64,000 bases of DNA. Source: Octopus vulgaris. Lineage: Eukaryota. Each line of letters opens with the position of its first letter. Position 1 is the first letter of the stretch. Of this stretch, positions 1-11,905 are shown one piece after another. The DNA is taken from NCBI GenBank assembly GCA_951406725.2, contig OX597815.1, forward strand, positions 182,466,001 through 182,530,000. Direction: 5' to 3'. The notes under the pieces are model-generated. The model was not told the origin of the DNA. It ran no database searches and was given only the letters and a program-made list of their open reading frames with translations. A program made the translations under genes and the position numbers.

Positions 1-130
1 TCTCTTCTGCGGGTTTTACGAATAGCAAAAGGACCACGTTTCGGAGTTCCCCCACTACAGACAATCCTGAGGCGCGATCTTGCGAGCTCTGGGACGAAGA
101 CCGCTTCGCTCAGCAAACAAACAAACAAAC
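1..130 (+). mobile_element. 3' end of a SINE/LINE-like repeat with (CAAA)n tail, truncated by window edge
   Basis: GC-richer segment ending in cagcaaacaaacaaacaaac; family not determined. Confidence 0.4.
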
Positions 131-394
131 AGCAACATCTGACTCGAAACTAATTTTGAAGAGTTCATTTATTTCAAACACAAACGTTTCCCAAGTTTCA
201 GTTTTCATACTTTTTTGGAGGGGTGGGTAAGTTGCTATCAGCTTAAATGAAATTAAAACCTTAAAACTGGGTGTCGAAACAGAATGGGGGCATATTATTT
301 TCTACAAAATTAATATGAAATTACTTCAAATAAATGAAAAATATAGATGGCCAATTTTTATGCAATGATTATGTCTCTTTGAGTATTAGATTTA

Positions 395-982
395 CCAGAA
401 ACGTTAGCACGCGGGGCGAAATGCGTAGCCGTATTTCGTCTGCCGTTACGTTCTGAGTTCAATTTCCGCCGAGGTCGACTTTGCCTTTCATCCTTTCGGG
501 GTCGATAAATTAAGTATCAGTTATGCACTGGGGTCGATATAATCGACTTAATCCGTTTGTCTGTCCTTGTTTTTCCCCTCTGTGTTTAGCCCCTTGTGGG
601 TAGTAAAGAAATAGGTGTTTCGTCTGCCGTTACGTTCTGAGTTCAAATTCCGCCGAGGTCGACTTTACCTTTCATCCTTTCGGGGTTGATTAAATAGGTA
701 CCAGTTACGCACCGGGGTCGATATAATCTACTTAATCCGTTTGTCTGTCTTTGTTTGTCCTCTCTGTTCTTAGCCCCTTGTGGGTAGTAAAGAAATAGGT
801 ACTTCGTCTGCCGTTACGCTCTGATTTCAAATTCCGCCGAGGTCGACTTTGCCTTTCATCCTTTCGGGGTCGATAAATTAAGTACCAGTTACGCACTGGG
901 ATCGATGTAATCGATTTAATCCGTTTGTCTGTCTTTGTTTGTCCTCTCTGTTCTTAGCCCCTTGTAGTAATAAAGAAATAGA
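395..982 (+). mobile_element. SINE family A (tRNA-derived), head-to-tail trimer of the body
   Basis: Three ~185-bp units with gttcaaattccgccgaggtcgactttgcctttcatcctttcggggtcgat; junctions aaagaaatag|gt.. near 615 and 800. Confidence 0.9.
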
Positions 983-1039
983 TTTACTGTGTTTTGATTT
1001 GAAATATTATGTGGGTCACTGTAAGAATGGAAATAATAG

Positions 1040-1230
1040 TTTCAAATTTTAGCGCAAATCAAGCGATTCAGGAAAAGGGATTGGTCGGTTACATCGACAC
1101 TAGTGCTCACCCAAAATGGTAAAAAGCAAAGTGGGCCTCACCGGAATCTGAACACAGTACGTAATGGCGGACGAAATGCTGGTAAGAGTTTTTCCGGCTC
1201 GGTATGAATTCTGTAAGCTCGCCGCCCTAA
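1040..1230 (-). mobile_element. Degenerate SINE family A
   Basis: Diverged reverse-complement match (aaagcaaagtgggcctc ... gacgaaatgc ... agctcgccgcc). Confidence 0.65.
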
Positions 1231-1925
1231 CATTTAATCAATATTGAGGTAAAAAAAACTAAGTCCATCGACGTTGTGTATTTAGTGCAAGTATACCTTT
1301 AATTCACAATAATTGCTTCATATTTAAAGCATTCGATCTGAACTGAAGCATGAGACACCGAACTACGATTTAGCAGGGAAATACTTATGAAATACTTCAA
1401 AAATAATATCTCACAGATTTGTAGTAGTCATTTTCCTTGCAGCAGATTTCTACGACATTCTAAATACAAATTCATATGTTAGTAAAAGACAAAGATTCAT
1501 GATAGTCGAGAGCCAAGTAAGAATTATTGCTGCAAGGAAAACAATAACACTTTTGTCTATCAGTTGAGATATAACTTAAGTGTTGATAGTGTTTTCTTCT
1601 ATGTCCCAGGATTTAAGTGAGGCATAACTGGAAAGTGCATCTCAATTTAATGTTCAGTTTTATAATAATATTCTGACTATTACTATTCAACTCAACAGAT
1701 TGTCGAAATTACATGATGCTGCACTTATTAGGCTAACCCCTAATAAGTGGGAGAATGGGTAAGTCGATTACACCAACCCAAGTAGTCAACTGGTACTTAT
1801 TTCATCGACCCCAAACTTTTGAAAACCAAGTCAACCTTGGCAGAATATATGGATTTTAAAAACTTTTACAGTGTACCGAGCAAATCTCTTTAATTCATTT
1901 TATTTTTTATTATATCCTAATTTTG

Positions 1926-2086
1926 ATTATTTACATTATTTGCATTTGACGGATATTTGTCCTCATCTTGTTTGTTGTTAACTCAACGTTTCGGCTAATA
2001 TACTCTCCAGCCTTCATCAGATGCCTTGGGGAAATTTCGAACCTGGGTTCTCATTCCTAAGGTACTTTTCGATGTTATTATTATTA
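1926..2086 (-). mobile_element. Hammerhead-bearing short repeat (PLE pLTR-like), short inverted arm
   Basis: Reverse complement of 2651-2807; ends in (TTA)n. Confidence 0.8.
1980..2025 (-). ncRNA. Minimal type I hammerhead motif with weakened stem I
   Basis: Minus strand ggcat-CTGATGA-a-ggctg..tagcc-GAAA-cg-tt-gagtt. Confidence 0.6.
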
Positions 2087-2650
2087 CAAAAGCTGTGACT
2101 GAGGGAGAAAATATGTCGATTCTATGGGGCTTCCCCATACATACCGAGAAAACTATAAAAGCTAATAAAACCGGATATTATTATAAAAGATCAGACAAAA
2201 AAAAGGTGTGTTTATTAATTGACATGAGTATTCCTTGCGATCACAATATAGCGACGAAAGAGTTTGACAAGATCGGTAAATATAAAGACTTTCTGATAGA
2301 AATTGAAAACATGTGGCACCTCAAGGCGACTACAGTACCAGTGATTGTAAGATCTCTAGGAATGATAAAACAAGGTACTGAAACCCATTTGAAAATGATA
2401 CCAGGCTTACCATCCTTACAGGAAGTGCAAAAAATCGTGTTAACTGGAATGACTCATGTACTGAGAAGAGTATTATTGCTGTGAAAACAACATCCATTCA
2501 TGAATTTATTTATTAATTTTTTTAAATACATATTTTACCTGTGAATTTGCGTGTGTAATTTGGGAATGCATACAATGAGCTTCTCTGCCCTAGGTGTACG
2601 GAAAACACGCGGCGAGAAATGGAAGAAAATTTGAAGAAAGAAGGAAAAAA
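2087..2650 (+). mobile_element. 5'-truncated R4/Dong-like (REL endonuclease) non-LTR retrotransposon 3' end plus 3' UTR
   Basis: ORF to 2484: ILW.FPI.T..TIKANK, PDIIIKD in a shifted frame, LIDMSIP.D.NI..KE..K..KY, VPVIV..LG; typical PD-(D/E)xK REL C-terminus; followed by (TAA)n. Confidence 0.8.
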
Positions 2651-2842
2651 TAATAATAATAACATCAACATCGAAAAATACCTTAGGAATGAGAACCCAG
2701 GTTCGAAATTTCCCCAAGACACCTGATGAAGGTTGGAGAGTATATCAGCCGAAACGTTGTGTTAACAAACAAGATGAGGACGTATATTGTAAATAATGTA
2801 AATAATGTACAAAATTCCTCATCTCTTAAATATAGAAGTGTA
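2651..2842 (+). mobile_element. Hammerhead-bearing short repeat (PLE pLTR-like) with extra 3' tail
   Basis: Inverted partner of 1926-2086 plus ~35 nt extra (aaaattcctcatctcttaaatatagaagtgta). Confidence 0.8.
2718..2763 (+). ncRNA. Minimal type I hammerhead ribozyme
   Basis: gacac-CTGATGA-a-ggttg(loop)cagcc-GAAA-cg-tt-gtgtt; stem I gacac/gtgtt, stem II ggttg/cagcc, palindromic AACGTT at stem III. Confidence 0.8.
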
Positions 2843-3994
2843 TTACTTAATTTTGATGTCTGTCATTTTCAATATCATTTCTAATCACAGAAAATAACTT
2901 TATATATAGTGCTGTCTTAGTTACGGTTTATATAAATGCTTTGTATAAATATATATTGATCACGTATAAGAGACTAATCTTCGAAGCAATCTACAAATTT
3001 TGTAGGAAATTCGATAATAAGAAGGAATACAACTTAGTGCATTAAACAAGCTTATTAGTAGATTATTAACGTCAATACAGTGTTAGCTCATGTGTTGATA
3101 ATTTATTGGCTAACAATAAATCTTAACGATAAATATTTACATGTTTCCACAGTATTTGGATAGCGAAATAGAATTCATAATACTAAATAATTTGTTTCCG
3201 CATCATTTGCCGAGGTTATTGTATAAACTATTATTTCACTAAGTACGTACAATTTCTTATTTATGCTTATTCGTTTCATCAGAATTTTGCCCCTCGGTTT
3301 TGTAAAGTTGCTACGTGTTTCAGTAAATATTTACTATATCTGAAAATGAGTTTTCGATTTTCTTTCTGCAAATGTGTATTCGTACTCGGGCATTCTTTTC
3401 AGTTGATTCTTAATTGTGTTGTTATTATATGATATAGTAACGAAAGCCAGGCTTACAAGTTATCTTCAAATTACTGCCACGAAAAACTGTTATCATTTTG
3501 TGGATTCCAGTATACCAGTGATAAAATAAACACACACACACACACATACACACGCTCACACACACATATACACACATATATGTATATCTATAAAAATCTG
3601 TGGCAGATGCGTATGTGTGGTCAACAATTAGAAGTGGACACCTGCCACACTCTTTTGTTATTCCTTCGTAGACATACCAGGACATATCTAGTATTTCAGA
3701 AGAATGTTTTGCAATTTTCGCAGTGCTCTTATTGATTTTAAACACCACGGATTGAACTGATTGCACCTACTCAATTGATGCAAATACAAATGGACATCTA
3801 CTCAAAGTGTTGTTTGCTGGTTTTGAAAGCACTGGAGACACATATAACGAATTCTGTATCGAAGTACATCGAAAATTTCTAATCAAGGCCTGGAGTGAAA
3901 TCACCCAAGCACTAACTTTCAAAGATGAGAATGATGGATGCATATAGGTATTTGTGCAGGTGTGTTCTTAGCGCAATCATATGTGTGTAAATAT

Positions 3995-4292
3995 ATATCA
4001 CGTGAACGAACAGATTATCGCATATTGTTATACATCGCTGGTCACATTGCGATTTGCCTTATTTCAATTTTCGAATGATGCCACGCTGCTGGAGAGGGAA
4101 GCAAGCCAGCATTTTGCCAGATCGGGAAAACAGTCCGTCGCAGGTTTATTCCTTTAGAGTTGAGTGGATTGTATGAAGCGAAGTGAAACGGAGGGTTTTG
4201 CTCAGGAACAAAAATACGCTGCTCGGTCTGGAAATCGAGCCCACGATTTAGTGATTGTCAGTGCAACATCCTAACCACCGGACTACGCGCGC
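3995..4292 (-). mobile_element. Old tRNA-derived SINE
   Basis: Minus strand starts gcgcgtagtccggtggttagg (A-box-like) and gggctcgatttcc (B-box-like); tail resembles 8905-9025. Confidence 0.6.
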
Positions 4293-4320
4293 TAATATGT
4301 ATATATATATATATATATAT

Positions 4321-5728
4321 AAACTTAGATAAACTTAGATATGTTTCGACCAAAGATTGGTCCAGGCCATGTCTAACTTAATAGCACCACCTGATAGGAT
4401 TATTCGAATCCTGTTTAAGTCAAGTTTTGTTCAAGTAGTGAGTTCTTGTTGGGTGAGTTGTATCCAATCATGGGTGGCTTGTCTGGTATTCTTTGAAGGA
4501 ATCTATCCAGACTGTTTAAAGTTGATGGGATCCTTTTCCTCTTTGATCTCCCTCGGGACAATGTTAAATAGGGCAGGGCCTGTTGAGGAAAAGAAATTAT
4601 GTTGCAGTGTACATGTATGTTGTGATCTTGAATTGGGCAGGGGACGTATAGCCCGTGGTCCAAGCCTTGGATGAACCTTGAAGCTAATGTTTAGGTCGTT
4701 TGGGCAAAGTTGGCGGTATATTTTCCACATCGTACAAATGATGTACCGCTCACGGCGACGCTGGAGGGAGTAAAGTTTCAAGGCTTTAAGGCGATCCCAA
4801 TAATCGAGAGCAGCCATGCCTTCAATTTGTTTAGTGAGAGCCCTCTGGGGTGACTCAATTCTGGAGATGTTTTGTCTTGTGTGAGGAGACCACAGTGGGC
4901 AGCAGTATTCAAGGTGTGGCCGTACAAAGGAGGAAAAAAGTAGTATGATGACACCTTGTTCTCTGGACGGGAAAGTTCTTAAGATCCAGGAACTCAACCT
5001 ACGAGCTATATCGACCTTCTTGTTGATGTGTGCACTCCAACTGAGATCGTCATCAACAATTACACCGAGGTCTCTGATATTGTTAGAGGCTGTGAGCGGT
5101 TCCCTTGAAGGAAGAGATTATGGTTGTTTTAGTGAGGATTTCTTCCAAAATGCATCAGCTCAAATTTTCCCTCATTCAGTTGCATTTTGTTTCTGTCTGC
5201 CCATTGACTCACAGCATATAGATCAGAGTGGAGTTGAGTTCGGTCTGCTTCTTCATTGACGATTTGCTGGAGCTTAGTGTCATCAGCAAATATTTTCACT
5301 TTGCAGTAATGTACGACACTGGAAAGGTCGTTTATGTAAATTATGAAGAGTAGCGGACCCAAAACAGTTCCCTGGGGAACACCGCTGGTGACTTTTGCTG
5401 GGTTTGAGTGGACTCCATCAACTACAACATGTTGTGTTCTATTCGCCACGAAATACTTAATCCAGTGTAGAACTTTTCCACGGATTCCAACATTTGCCAA
5501 TTTTGAGAACAGGATATTATGGTCTACCCTGTCGAACGCTTTACTGAAGTCAAGATATATGACGTCAGAGTTCGAACCTGTTCCCAAGGCTTTGAGTACA
5601 TCTTCAATGTGGTGTAAGAGCTGTCTTAGACAGTCTCTGCCACAGCGAAAGCCATGCTGATTTGCATTTAGGAGTTTGTGGGTCTCCAGGAAGTCAGCTA
5701 ACCTTGATCTTAACACTCTTTCAAACAC
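4321..5728 (-). mobile_element. 5'-truncated CR1-clade LINE relic (RT and C-terminus, broken frame)
   Basis: ORFs 5129-5728 (QHGFR, YLDFSKAFDRVDH, GVPQGTVLGPLLF, FADDTK) and 4503-4997 (VRPHLEYC..LWSPH, RLKALKLYSLQRRRER); tail repeat atctaagttt x2. Confidence 0.9.
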
Positions 5729-5742
5729 TTTATATATATATA

Positions 5743-6167
5743 TAGGCGCAGGAGTGGCTGTGTGGTAAGTAGCTTGCTAACCAACCACATGGTTCCGGGT
5801 TCAGTCCCACTGCGTGGCATCTTGGGCAAGTGTCTTCTGCTATAGCCCCGGGCCGACCAATGCCTTGTGAGTGGATTTGGTAGACGGAAACTGAAAGAAG
5901 CCTGCCGTATATATGTGTATATATATATATATATGTGTGTGTGTTTGTGTGTCTGTGTTTGGCCCCCTAGCATTGCTTGACAACCGATGCTGGTGTGTTT
6001 ACGTCCCCGTCACTTAGCGGTTCGGCAAAAAAAAAGACCGATAGAATAAGTACTGGGCTTACAAAGAATAAGTCCCGGGGTCGATTTGCTCGACTAAAAG
6101 GCGGTGCTCCAGCATGGCCGCAGTCGAATGACTGAAACAAGTAAAAGAGTAAAAGAGTAAAAGAGTA
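5743..6167 (+). mobile_element. SINE family B (tRNA head, CORE-like cttgggcaagtg, internal microsatellite, taaaagag tail)
   Basis: ggcgcaggagtggctgtgtggtaag ... ccgggttcagtccc ... gactgaaacaagtaaaagag. Confidence 0.9.
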
Positions 6168-6176
6168 TATATATAT

Positions 6177-6562
6177 AGGCGCAGGCTTAACTGCATAGTA
6201 AGAAGGTTGCTTCCCAACCACATGGTTCTGGGTTCAGTCCCATTACATGTAACTTGAGCAAGTGTCTTCTACTGTAGTTTCGGGCAGACTGAAGCCTTGT
6301 GAGTGGATCTGGTAGACGGAAACTGAAAGAAGCCCGTCGTATACGTATATATGTATATGTTTGTGTGTCTGTGTTTGCCCTCCCCCCACCATCTCTTGTT
6401 GGTGTATTTATGTCTCCGCAACTTAACGATTCAGCAAGAGGAACCGATAAGATAAGTAACTAGTCTTACAAAGAATAAGTCCTGGGATCGATTCGTTCAA
6501 ATAAAGGCGGTGCTCCAGCATGGCTTCAGTCAAATAACTGAAAGAAATAAAAGAATAAAAGA
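6177..6562 (+). mobile_element. SINE family B, older copy
   Basis: Diverged full-length match to 5743-6167. Confidence 0.85.
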
Positions 6563-6629
6563 ACATATATATTTACATATTTATGTCCATATTCATGTGT
6601 ACTTATATCTATATAAATAAACATATGTG

Positions 6630-6693
<64 letters not shown>

Positions 6694-6715
6694 TGTGTGT
6701 GTGTGTGTGTGTGTG

Positions 6716-6979
6716 TATTCTTTTGTTCTTTTACCTATTTCAGCCATTTGATTGCAGCTATGTTGGAGCACCGCCTTTATTCGAGCAAATTGATACCAGA
6801 GTTTATTCTTTTCTTTGTAAGCCTAGTATTTATTCTATCATTCTCTTTTGCCAAACCGCTAAGTTATGGAGACGCAAACACACCACCATCGGTTGTCAAG
6901 CGATGTTTGGGGTCACAAACACTGACACACAAGCATATACACACACACATACATATAAACACTTGCACACACATACACA

Positions 6980-7028
<49 letters not shown>

Positions 7029-7198
7029 GCAAATATACGAAGGGCGTCTTCTAGTTTCCGTCTACCAAATCCACTGAGAAGGCTTTGGTTGGGCTGAGGC
7101 TATAGTAGAAGACACCTACCCAAGGTGCCACGCAGTGGGACTAAACCTAGGTCCATGTGGTTGGTAAGCAAGCTACTAACCGTACACCCACTCGTGCG

Positions 7199-7200
<2 letters not shown>
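6716..7200 (-). mobile_element. SINE family B
   Basis: Reverse-complement full-length match with expanded internal (AC)n. Confidence 0.85.
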
Positions 7201-7264
<64 letters not shown>

Positions 7265-8193
7265 TACACACACACACACATATATATATATACCCACATA
7301 TATTATTTACACAAACACACACATTCACAGCCCGCTTTCCCAGTTAGATCTATACCAATGTATAGTGTGTGCTTGCTTTGCTGTATTCTGTAATATTAGC
7401 TTTACAAACACATACACACACACTCGCATGCTCACCCCCATCGCCACATACATTCACGCCTACTGATACTACTTTACACATTCAAGCTATTTATACTTCC
7501 TCACTCTCATAATATCTGTCTCTGTCCCCCTCTCTCTCCCTGTTCCTCTTCCCCTATCTCTCCTTCTCTCTCTCTCTCAATATATTTTTTATCAAGTTTG
7601 TTTTAATTCCTATTCCTAAGCATACTCTTCATTCTCCTTTAATATATTGGAACTTGAAATAAATCAATCTCGTTAACAAATTCATACATCGTAAAATATT
7701 TGCACGAATAATTTGAACAATGATTTATATGATATAAATACGTCGACAAATATCATAAATTAGTATTGGTAGGTAAAAAATGTTCGTTATATTTCGTAAA
7801 CAACCATAATGTATTGAAGCAAAGGATATAAACCAGGCTTAAATGTGTTACATAATATCATTATTCCGGAATGTAAAAATACTGAAGTTATTACAGTAAA
7901 ATGGATTATGGGTTTAAGTAGTGAGTTACATCCTAATTTGTTCTCACTGCTTATATTTTAGTCACTTGATGTTGAAATAAATCAGGGATACAATAATAAT
8001 GCTGAATATATGTAGAGGGAGGTACATACAATTGCCTGAATTGTATATACATAACTATTCTCCAGCAGTTCTCAGACTTAGTTGTGTGTTTCAGATTTTC
8101 TTAATGACAGAACAGCGGATTACAACTACATACATCCGTACATACATATACAGACACACGCACACACATGCATAAACACAAACACACTGACAC

Positions 8194-8228
<35 letters not shown>

Positions 8229-8254
8229 TCGGTGTTGAATGCTGTGATTTGTTT

Positions 8255-8630
8255 TTAGTACCTCCGCCTTAGCGAAGGCGGAGGTATTCTTTGCAGTCGT
8301 GGTTGATTGCTTGTCCGTGGACAAGATATCTCAAGAACCGCTGGATGGATTCAGTAGAAACTTTCAGGGATGTTTGGCCTCGTGACTGGTACAAACTGAT
8401 TAGAATTTGGCATCGATCCGGTACCGGACAAGTATTCTGGATTATTTTTTTCCGTTTTCTTTTTTTTACTTAATTTTTGAGAGCAGTCGGGTTCATTTTA
8501 GTATTATCGTTTGTGAGAGTAGTCGAATTTATTTCAGATATTCTCATTTTGAAACTCATCTCCGGCTAATCACTGAGAGAACTTTGGGGTTGCCTTGGCG
8601 GAGGTTTGCATTCTCTGGGTGCTCTTGTTT
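8255..8630 (+). mobile_element. Helentron-associated non-autonomous element (HINE/DINE-1-like)
   Basis: 5' hairpin tacctccgcctt-agcg-aaggcggaggta; subterminal inverted ggcggaggt at ~8597 followed by a short 3' hairpin; T-rich ends. Confidence 0.7.
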
Positions 8631-8703
8631 TATATATTTTGAAAACTAAAGTTTTTGACAGTTTGTATTTCCCCTCCTGTATTCCTCCCTTTCTCTCCTT
8701 CTT

Positions 8704-8904
<201 letters not shown>

Positions 8905-8907
<3 letters not shown>

Positions 8908-9024
8908 CGTGACCACTGTGATCGACCAGGCTATCAGATGTTGCTACACATTGTTTGTCACAATGCGCTTCGCATTGTTTTAGCCTTCAAATGACGCCAC
9001 CCCGCTGGCTAAGCGAGCAGGCCA

Positions 9025-9025
<1 letters not shown>
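8905..9025 (-). mobile_element. 3' tail fragment of a SINE/LINE
   Basis: Similar to the tail of the SINE at 3995-4090; embedded in (AT)n. Confidence 0.5.
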
Positions 9026-9088
<63 letters not shown>

Positions 9089-9103
9089 TTATGTATGTAT
9101 GTA

Positions 9104-9490
9104 TAAGGTGTATTATGAGGATTTATGCAACACAGTCCTATAAAAGCTCAACAAACAATTAAAAACGGAGAAGAGATGTTAAAAGTTTTATAAAATTTTA
9201 ATCCATGCATACGATCGTTTCAAATGGTAACACTAGCATGTAAAAAAAACATGGAAGAGATTAAATTAATTATAATTAAATTAATTTAATTACATATTAC
9301 CTTTCTCCTCGGTGCGAAAATAAAGGATACATCAGAAAGGTCGTAACAGAAGAAAAATTATGCTGTTATAAGAGACTGCATTGAGTCCATGTCGCATAAT
9401 TCGTTCGGATAAAACGCATAAAACGATTGTGAAAGATGAAATATAAAAACATGCTTCGGTAGTGTTGAGACTCGTTGGGTAAGAACTAAA
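9104..9490 (-). mobile_element. Hammerhead-bearing pLTR-like repeat fragment
   Basis: Contains the hammerhead motif at 9207-9315; abuts microsatellite. Confidence 0.5.
9207..9315 (-). ncRNA. Variant hammerhead (CCGAGGA core) with long stem II
   Basis: Minus strand gca-CCGAGGA-gaaaggtaatat...gtgttaccattt-GAAA-cgatcg-TA-tgc. Confidence 0.6.
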
Positions 9491-9540
9491 CAGTATGTAT
9501 ATACACATGCATCTTTAGGTATGTACATAAGTATACATAT

Positions 9541-9946
9541 ACTCTCTTTTTACTCTTTTTACTTGTTTCAGTCATTTGACTGCGGCCATGCTGGAGCACC
9601 GCCTTTAGTCGAGCAAATCGATCCCGGGACTTATTCTTTTGTAAGCCCAGTACGTATTCTATCGGTCTCTTTTGCCGAACCGCTAAGTAACGGGGACATA
9701 AACACACTAGCATCGGCTGTCAAGCAATGCTAGGGGGACAAACACAGACACACACGCACACACACACACACATACATATATACGACAGGCTTCTTTCAGT
9801 TTCCATCTACCAAATCCACTCACAAGGCATTGGTCGGCCCGGGGCTATAGCAGAAGACACTTGCCCAAGATACCACGCAGTGGGACTGAACTCGGAACCA
9901 TGAGGTTGGTTAGCAAGCTACTTACCACACAGCCACTCCTGCGCCT
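9541..9946 (-). mobile_element. SINE family B
   Basis: Near-consensus reverse-complement copy. Confidence 0.9.
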
Positions 9947-9956
9947 ATATATATAG

Positions 9957-10181
9957 TTCTTTACTGCCCAGAAGGGGCTAAACATAGAGGGGACAAACAA
10001 GGACAGACGAAGGGATTGAGTCGATTATATCGCCCTCAGTGCGAAACTGGTGCTTTATTTATCGACCCTGAAATGATTAAAGGCAAAGCTGACCTCGGCG
10101 GAATTTGAACTCAGAACGTAACGACAGACGAAATACCGCTAAGCTTTTCGCCCAGCGCGCTAACGTGTCTGCCAGCTCGCC
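9957..10181 (-). mobile_element. SINE family A monomer
   Basis: Reverse complement from ggcgagctggcaga to gtaaagaa. Confidence 0.9.
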
Positions 10182-11366
10182 ATACATATGTATATATTTG
10201 TGTTTTCATACATTCAAACATGTACATGCACATAAACATTTTTAAAATGCAGTTTGCAATTGTTCGAAAATTTCAAATCTTTCCCAACCACCCAGACACT
10301 TCATTATCACTTGCATGAAGTTTAAGCATGACCGGGTGAAGGTTAAAAAACTGCTTACCGATACAACACCAGGTATACGTATTAAAAATGGCTCATTTTA
10401 GAAAATTATTCCTTGTAAACAGCACAACCTGTTTAATCTGTTCATAAATTCAAAAAATTAAGCTAGATGTGCTGTCTTTGTAGACAACGAATGAACTGTG
10501 AACAAACTGCCCCTAGTAAAATACTTTAAATATTCTATTCCCTTCTGCTTCTTTAATTGTCGAAGAATTGATTATAGAAGTTCACTAAATATTAAGTATT
10601 ACCACTGCTTGCTAATGTGCCGCGAAGTGATGACAACTTTTTTTTTATCTCGAATAGTGATGCCAACATGCGACAACTGCTGCATAACTGTCTCTTCTTG
10701 ATTAAATGTCGTACATTCTGTACAGTCACGTGTGCTTTCAACTCAACAATATAAAATCAGCATTTATCGCATGATTGTCATGCGTGTTATATTAAATTGC
10801 TGAGCTTTATTAACTTGCTTTGGTTCATATATCTTCATTGACTAACAAGCCAAATGTGGTCACCGGTTGAGCATTTGAAAGGATTAGAGATTTATGAAGT
10901 TTCTTTCATTCTGGTTCACTATTAATTTGCATGTTGAATGTGAGACTCAACAAAATGCTTGGATGTCTTAAGTGGTTAGATCTCGATTACATCCAACCAG
11001 AGGAACTTCCCACCTGCAGACTGCCTTTCGTTAGATCCCTTTCAAATGTCCCTTGCAGTCTAAACTCATCAGACTGTAAGGTCTTTTTCCATAACATATT
11101 GGAATCTTTGGAATTACCTCAAAATTGCTTCCTCTTGTAAACGAGTTATACAGCCTCCCATCTTAAGCTCTGTTACGTAGCTTGTTAGTCATCATATATA
11201 TATATATATATTTTATATATATATATATATATATTAATAAAAAGAATTCCAACCTTGTCTGATTTTCACGTTTTATTTACAATCTTATAATGATATATTA
11301 TAAGATAATATATTATAATTGAATAAAATAAAATGAAATAGTAGAATGTTAAATATTCATTCTGAT

Positions 11367-11411
11367 TGAACTAGTACTTTCATGCATTGAATTCTGCAAT
11401 CTTCGGGTTCA
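11367..11411 (-). ncRNA. PLE pLTR minimal hammerhead (CCGAAGA variant), left arm
   Basis: Mirror of 17058-17102. Confidence 0.65.
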
Positions 11412-11905
11412 TGTAGTAGTGTTGACAGTCATGCTTCACAATTTTTGACTGTAGCAAGATGAGTGATTCTGTGCTATAAATACAGCTGGGTAGGCTCCAG
11501 AGTGCTAGGTTTTGCAAACTGTATTCTGACCAATCAGTGTGTAGTATCACTCAATTACTTAAGCTGATTGGTTGGTTGAGCTGATTGGTTTAGGCATCAC
11601 GCTTTGTTGGACAGGTCAAGAGTCCTGTATCTTGACCCTGGCCGAAGCAGCAATTGTTGGGTTATTTTTAGAAATGTTGTAAATATCCTTTGTCAGAGAT
11701 TTTTATATTTTTATATTTCAATTGTCATCATCATCATTGTCAGCACCTTAATTATTGTTGCTAGTGGTGATGGTGGTGGCAATAGAACTTTTAACCCTAA
11801 ATAAGATAATTTTCCTGCTATCTTCGTCTTGATCACCTTTAGTATTGTTGTTGTTGTTAGTGGTCATGGTCGTAGCAGTGGAAGTAATACCTCTAAGTAT
11901 TATTA

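Noticed and set aside
40-62. U1 snRNA-like tagtggggga on the minus strand
   Set aside because: Only a 10-nt match; the rest of U1 is absent
430-982. CRISPR-like or satellite array
   Set aside because: Units are ~185-bp SINE bodies without unique spacers, in a eukaryotic context with no cas genes
11010-11075. CTGATGA...GAAA on the minus strand beside the PLE
   Set aside because: No convincing stem I or II; the region looks more like a decayed LINE 3' end
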